32,000 nt of DNA from Kineococcus radiotolerans SRS30216 = ATCC BAA-149. Lineage in GTDB: Bacteria > Actinomycetota > Actinomycetes > Actinomycetales > Kineococcaceae. The notes under the pieces were generated by a model. The model was not told the DNA's origin and searched no databases. It saw only the letters and a list, made by a program, of their open reading frames with translations. Both the position numbers and the translations under genes were made by a program. The stretch is from the NCBI RefSeq assembly GCF_000017305.1, contig NC_009664.2, forward strand, positions 3,510,001 through 3,542,000. Reading direction: 5' to 3'. This document shows, one piece after another, positions 27,942-32,000 of this stretch. The first letter of the stretch is position 1. Each line of letters begins with the position of its first letter.

Positions 27942-30340
27942 GCGAACCCGTGCTCGACCTGCGCCTGGTGGCGGCCGCGGTCCTGGCCTGGGCCGCGGCC
28001 GCCACCGCCGTGGCGCACCCCGCACCGGCCCGGGCCGCGCTGCTCGCGGGCGCCGCCGCCGTCGCCCTGACCGGCGCGGTGCTGCTGGTGACCCGCCGCG
28101 GGGCGCGCCCGCTCCTCGTCCTGGTCGCGGTCACCCTGGTGCTGGCCTCCGTCGTGCTGCACCAGGCCCGGGCCGCGCAGGGCGGGACCGCGGACCTGGC
28201 CGCCGACCGGGTCGCGGTCAGCGCCACGGGCGTCGTCCGCTCGGACCCGCGGCCGGTCCCGCCGCCGCGCGCCGGCGGCCCGCCGCGCGTCGTGGTCGAG
28301 GTGTCGGTGTCCGGGCTGCGCGCCTGCGGTCGGACCCTGTCCCTCGCCGCGCCCGTCACCGTCTTCGCCGACGCCGACGGGTGGTCGCGCGTGCGGCTCG
28401 GGCAGCGCGTCGGGTTCCGCGGCCGGCTCGGGCCGGCCGCCGCCGGGGAGCGGGCGGTGGCGGTGGTGTCGGCGACGGGACGACCGGTCGTGCTCGCCGC
28501 CCCCGCCGCCCCGTACCGCGGGGCGGAACGGCTGCGGGAGGGGCTGCGCCGGGCCGTCGAGCCCCAGCCCGCCGACGCCCGCGGGCTGCTGCCGGGACTC
28601 GTCGTGGGCGACACCTCCCGGCTCCCGGCCGACCTGGAGGAGGCCATGCGGGCGGTGGGGCTCACCCACCTCACCGCCGTGAGCGGCGCCAACACGACCC
28701 TGGTGGCCGGGCTCCTCGTGCTGGCGGCCTCCTGGCTGGGGTTCGGGCGTCGGGCCCGGCTCGCGGTCGCCGCCGTCGGCCTCGCCGGGTTCGTCGTCCT
28801 GGCCCGCCCCGACCCCAGCGTCCTGCGGGCGGCGGTGATGGGCGCGGTGGGGCTGACCGGCCTCGCGGCGGGACGGCCGGTGCGCGGCGTCCCCGTGCTG
28901 GCGACCGCGGTGCTGGCGCTGCTGGTGGCCGACCCGTGGCTGGCGCGGGAGTTCGGGTTCGTGCTCTCGGTGCTCGCCACCGCCGCCCTCGTCCTGCTGG
29001 GGTCGCCCTTCGCCCGCCGGCTGGAGGGGCTCGGCCTGCCCCGCGCGGTGGCGCTCGCGCTCGCGGTCCCGGTGGCCGCCCAGGCCGTCTGCGGACCGGT
29101 GCTCGTGCTGCTCCAGCCGTCGGTGAACCCGGTGTCCGTCCCCGCGAACGTCCTCGTCGCCCCGGCCGTCGCGCCCGCGACCGTCCTGGGGCTGGCGGCC
29201 ACGCTGCTGGCGCCGCTGTCGCCGACCGCGGCGACCTGGGCGGCGTGGCCGGCGGGGCTGTGCGCGGGGTGGATCGCGCTCGTCGCCCGCGCCGCCGCGC
29301 GGCTGCCCGTCGCGGTGGCGGTGCCCGCCGGGGCGGCGGGCGCGGTGGTGGTCCTCATCCTCACCGCGCTGCTGCTGGGGGCGGGGGCGGCGCTGCTCCG
29401 CTCCCGCCGCGCCGGGTCCCGCCCCCGGCGGTGGCTGGCCCTCGCCCTCGCGCTGGTGCTGTCGGGGGCGGGGCTGGTGCGGTGCGCACCGCGGTGGGGA
29501 GGGCCGTCGGGGCCCTGGCCGCCACCGGACTGGCTCGTCGTCGGGTGCGACGTGGGGCAGGGCGACGCGGTGGTGCTGCGCTCGGGGCCCACCGCCGGGG
29601 TCCTGGTGGACGCCGGCCCCGACGACGTCCTGGTCGACGGCTGCCTGGACCGGCTGGGGCTGGACCGCCTCGACGCGGTGGTGCTGACCCACTTCCACGC
29701 CGACCACGTCGGGGGCCTGGCCGGGGCCCTGCGGGGGCGGGAGGTGGGGGCGGTGCTGGTCTCCCCGCTGGCCGTGCAGCCCACGGCCGCCCGGGTGGAG
29801 CGGCTCACCGCCGAGGCGGGCGCCGCGGTGGCGGTGGTGAGCGCCGGGCGGCGCGGGTCCGCCGGGACGGTGACCTGGACCGCGCTCGGGCCACCCGCCC
29901 GGGTGGCCGGCGCGACCGCGCCGGACTCCTCGCAGGTCAACGACTCCAGCGTCGCCCTGCTCGCCGACGTCGGCGGGGTGCGGGTGCTGCTGACCGGGGA
30001 CCTCGAGCGCGACGGGCAGCGGCGCGCGCTGGCCGAGGTGCCCGCCGGGACGACGGTCGACGTGGTGAAGGTCGCCCACCACGGCTCCGCGAACCAGTTC
30101 CCGGGCCTCTACACCCGGTTGCGCCCGCGGGTCGCGGTCGTGGAGGTCGGTGAGGTCAACGACTACGGCCACCCCGCGGCCTCGACGCTGGAGCTGCTCG
30201 CCGCGACGGGGACGCGGGTCCTGCGCACCGACACCGGCGGGGACGTGGCCCTCGCCGGGTCGCCGGCGGCGCTGCGGACGCTGGTGCGGGGGTCGGACCC
30301 CGCCCAGGCCGCGCGCCGGGCGCGCTACGGCGACGGGTGA
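27938..30340 (+). CDS. comEC: ComEC/Rec2 DNA internalisation channel with C-terminal metallo-beta-lactamase domain
   Basis: GTG 27938 overlaps the comEA stop (GTGA). It is polytopic, with the competence-domain motif LTHLTAVSGANTTL and MBL motifs VGQGDAVVL and HFHADHVGG...KVAHHGS. 800 aa. Confidence 0.92.
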   Translation: MSEPVLDLRLVAAAVLAWAAAATAVAHPAPARAALLAGAAAVALTGAVLLVTRRGARPLLVLVAVTLVLASVVLHQARAAQGGTADLAADRVAVSATGVVRSDPRPVPPPRAGGPPRVVVEVSVSGLRACGRTLSLAAPVTVFADADGWSRVRLGQRVGFRGRLGPAAAGERAVAVVSATGRPVVLAAPAAPYRGAERLREGLRRAVEPQPADARGLLPGLVVGDTSRLPADLEEAMRAVGLTHLTAVSGANTTLVAGLLVLAASWLGFGRRARLAVAAVGLAGFVVLARPDPSVLRAAVMGAVGLTGLAAGRPVRGVPVLATAVLALLVADPWLAREFGFVLSVLATAALVLLGSPFARRLEGLGLPRAVALALAVPVAAQAVCGPVLVLLQPSVNPVSVPANVLVAPAVAPATVLGLAATLLAPLSPTAATWAAWPAGLCAGWIALVARAAARLPVAVAVPAGAAGAVVVLILTALLLGAGAALLRSRRAGSRPRRWLALALALVLSGAGLVRCAPRWGGPSGPWPPPDWLVVGCDVGQGDAVVLRSGPTAGVLVDAGPDDVLVDGCLDRLGLDRLDAVVLTHFHADHVGGLAGALRGREVGAVLVSPLAVQPTAARVERLTAEAGAAVAVVSAGRRGSAGTVTWTALGPPARVAGATAPDSSQVNDSSVALLADVGGVRVLLTGDLERDGQRRALAEVPAGTTVDVVKVAHHGSANQFPGLYTRLRPRVAVVEVGEVNDYGHPAASTLELLAATGTRVLRTDTGGDVALAGSPAALRTLVRGSDPAQAARRARYGDG

Positions 30341-30372
30341 ACCCGCCGCCCCGCGCCCGGCGCGGCCTCACG

Positions 30373-32000
30373 TCACCGCAGCCAGCGGTGCAGGCGCCCG
30401 GCCTGCAGGGACTTCCAGGTCTCCTCGAAGTCGGCTTCGCTGGCGGCGGCGTGCGCCTCCTCCTGGGCGAAGAGCCGCCCGTAGGCGAAGGCCACCTCCG
30501 GGCGCGCCGAGGCGGCCAGGTCGCGCAGCTGCTGACGGGTGACCACGGAGTCCTGGTGCTCGCCCAGCACCTCCTGGGCGTCGGTGACGGCGCGGGCGAA
30601 CCGCGTCGCGTCCTTGCCGAAGACCACCGCCACCGCCTCCGCGGCGTAGCGCACCTGCTTGGCGGCCTTGCGGGCCTCGTGCAGCAGCTCGTCGCGCTCG
30701 GCGCCGGCCTCGGCGCGGTAGGCGTGCTCGACCAGCCCGGACAGCGTCTCGAAGGTCTTCGCCACCCGGCGGGGCAGGACCTTGTCGGCCCGGCGCGCGC
30801 CGCGGGAGGTGAACCGCGGGCGTTCCACGAGGTCCTGGAGGTCGTCGAGCAGGGACTGGTACCGCTCGGAGTCCAGCTCGGCCAGCACCCGGTCGTGCGC
30901 GGTCCGGTAGGCCCGGCCCAGCTGGTCCGCGACGAGCGCGGGCACGGCCCCGGCGGCCGCGGGGTCGGCCGGCTGGAGCTCGGGGGCCACGTCGAGGGTG
31001 GCGACCGAGCGCACCAGGCGGTCCCGCAGCACCTCGGCGTCGCGGGCGGCGCCCAGTTCGGCGGCCAGCCAGCGCAGCTCGTCGCGCAGCGGCTTCGTGG
31101 AGCGGGCCAGCAGCGGCTGGAAGGTCCGCAGCGCGCTGCGCAGGCGGCGGGTCGCCACCCGCATCTTGTGGATGCTGTCGGGTTCGTCGCTGCGCACCCG
31201 CGGGTCCTGGTCCAGGACCTGCTGGACCTGCTCGGCCAGGTGCACCACGAGGACGTCACCGGCCCGGGACCGGGCGGTGAGCTGCTTGCGCCGGGGACCG
31301 GCGTGCTCGAGGACGCGGGGAGCGGACTCCGCGCGGGTCGGCGCGGTCTGCTCCTCCACCGCCGGCTCGGACGGCGCGGGGGCCTCGGCGGAGTCGGGCG
31401 CTCCGGCGGGCTCGGTCGTCTCGGTGGGCTCGGTGGGCTCGGTGGGCTCGGTGGGCTCGGTGGGCTCGGTCGTCTCAGCGGGCTCGGCGGCTCCAGTCGT
31501 CTCCGCGGGCTCGGGCGCCCCGGTGCCGCCGGAGAGGACCCGGCTCAGCTTGGAGCTGCTGCTCGAGACCCGCAGCCCCGCGGCCCGCAGCCCGGCGTCC
31601 ACGGCCTCGAAGACCGCGCGGTCGCCCTCGACGATCTCCAGCTCCACCTCGCGCCAGGTCTGCACGGCCCCGGCCGCCTCGCCCGCGCCGTCCAGCGGGA
31701 GCAGGCGGCGGGCCTCGACGACGTCGTCGGCGAGCTCCAGCAGGCGGGTGCCGGTGGCGTCGAGCACCGAGCGGACGCTGCGGTGGGTGTTCACCCGGGC
31801 CACCGGGACGAGCGGGCTCCCGCCGGTGAGCTCCTCGACCAGCCGCCGCAGCGCGGCGGGCACGGTCCGCACGGCGCGCCCCAGCGGGAGGCGCTGCTCG
31901 ACGCGGGCCCCGGCGTCGCCGGGGGTCTTCAGGTGCCAGCCGGCGTCGGTGCCGCCGGTGCGCCGGCGCAGGGTGGTGCGGGCCGCGCTGAGGCGCAGGT
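30373..32000 (-). CDS. CYTH plus CHAD domain protein, 5'-partial (continues beyond the window end)
   Basis: CHAD motif: IHKMRVATRRLRSALRTF, ...EARKAAKQVRYAAE. Upstream of the listed start (31872) the frame stays open and reads LRRRTGGTDAGWHLKTPG, a CYTH-type strand. So the true start lies outside the window. Confidence 0.85.
   Translation of the reverse strand, partial: LRLSAARTTLRRRTGGTDAGWHLKTPGDAGARVEQRLPLGRAVRTVPAALRRLVEELTGGSPLVPVARVNTHRSVRSVLDATGTRLLELADDVVEARRLLPLDGAGEAAGAVQTWREVELEIVEGDRAVFEAVDAGLRAAGLRVSSSSSKLSRVLSGGTGAPEPAETTGAAEPAETTEPTEPTEPTEPTEPTETTEPAGAPDSAEAPAPSEPAVEEQTAPTRAESAPRVLEHAGPRRKQLTARSRAGDVLVVHLAEQVQQVLDQDPRVRSDEPDSIHKMRVATRRLRSALRTFQPLLARSTKPLRDELRWLAAELGAARDAEVLRDRLVRSVATLDVAPELQPADPAAAGAVPALVADQLGRAYRTAHDRVLAELDSERYQSLLDDLQDLVERPRFTSRGARRADKVLPRRVAKTFETLSGLVEHAYRAEAGAERDELLHEARKAAKQVRYAAEAVAVVFGKDATRFARAVTDAQEVLGEHQDSVVTRQQLRDLAASARPEVAFAYGRLFAQEEAHAAASEADFEETWKSLQAGRLHRWLR
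31405..31476. repeat. 9-nt tandem repeat array: 5 perfect GGTGGGCTC units (31423-31467) flanked by degenerate units
   Basis: Read from the sequence. On the coding (-) strand it encodes (TEP)n in the linker between the CYTH and CHAD domains (TEPTEPTEPTEPTEPTETTEP). Confidence 0.9.

Noticed and set aside
27701-30172. 823-aa and 725-aa minus-strand ORFs
   Set aside because: They are antisense to comEA and comEC with low-complexity Arg/Pro/Gly composition, so they are shadow ORFs. The same reasoning applies to 4857..6662, 6524..8209, 18885..20579, 19555..21147, 22151..23638, 23953..27282 and similar ORFs.
30351-30365. Bidirectional terminator between comEC and the CYTH-CHAD gene
   Set aside because: It has only a 6-bp stem (CCGCGC/GCGCGG) with a 3-nt loop. 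In this GC background that is not distinguishable from chance.

Overview
Very high-GC (by eye above 70%) actinobacterial chromosomal DNA. Most of the window is the conserved actinobacterial housekeeping block, in order: rne (5'-partial), rplU, rpmA, obg, proB, a small hypothetical, proA, a convergent GT2 glycosyltransferase, nadD, rsfS, a histidine phosphatase, tRNA-Ala(GGC), then leuS and comEA-comEC, ending in a 5'-partial CYTH-CHAD gene. Two less conserved patches interrupt it. Patch (i), 11.28-15.08 kb downstream of tRNA-Ala, holds a Tat-signal class A beta-lactamase-fold protein with every catalytic residue substituted, an LLM flavin oxidoreductase, a shikimate-dehydrogenase paralogue and a membrane protein with a degenerate GGDEF domain. 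Patch (ii), 17.8-26.9 kb, holds a GNAT, an alpha/beta-hydrolase remnant, an MmyB-type ligand-binding domain lacking its HTH, a 423-nt non-coding region with 27-nt tandem repeats, an orphan ECF sigma factor, a full-length MmyB-like regulator, a 943-aa LAL/LuxR regulator and a GH3 beta-glucosidase. I found no CRISPR array, transposase, integrase, recognisable defence system or biosynthetic cluster. The best candidate for new biology is the regulator-dense patch at 19-24.7 kb (repeat array, 22-bp perfect palindrome, HTH-less paralogue), but the sequence alone does not demonstrate a novel multi-gene system. All start codons are inferred by hand from homology-like N-termini, RBS-like motifs and the supplied ORF track. 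The many long Arg/Pro/Gly-rich ORFs antisense or out of frame to recognised genes are treated as high-GC shadow ORFs.
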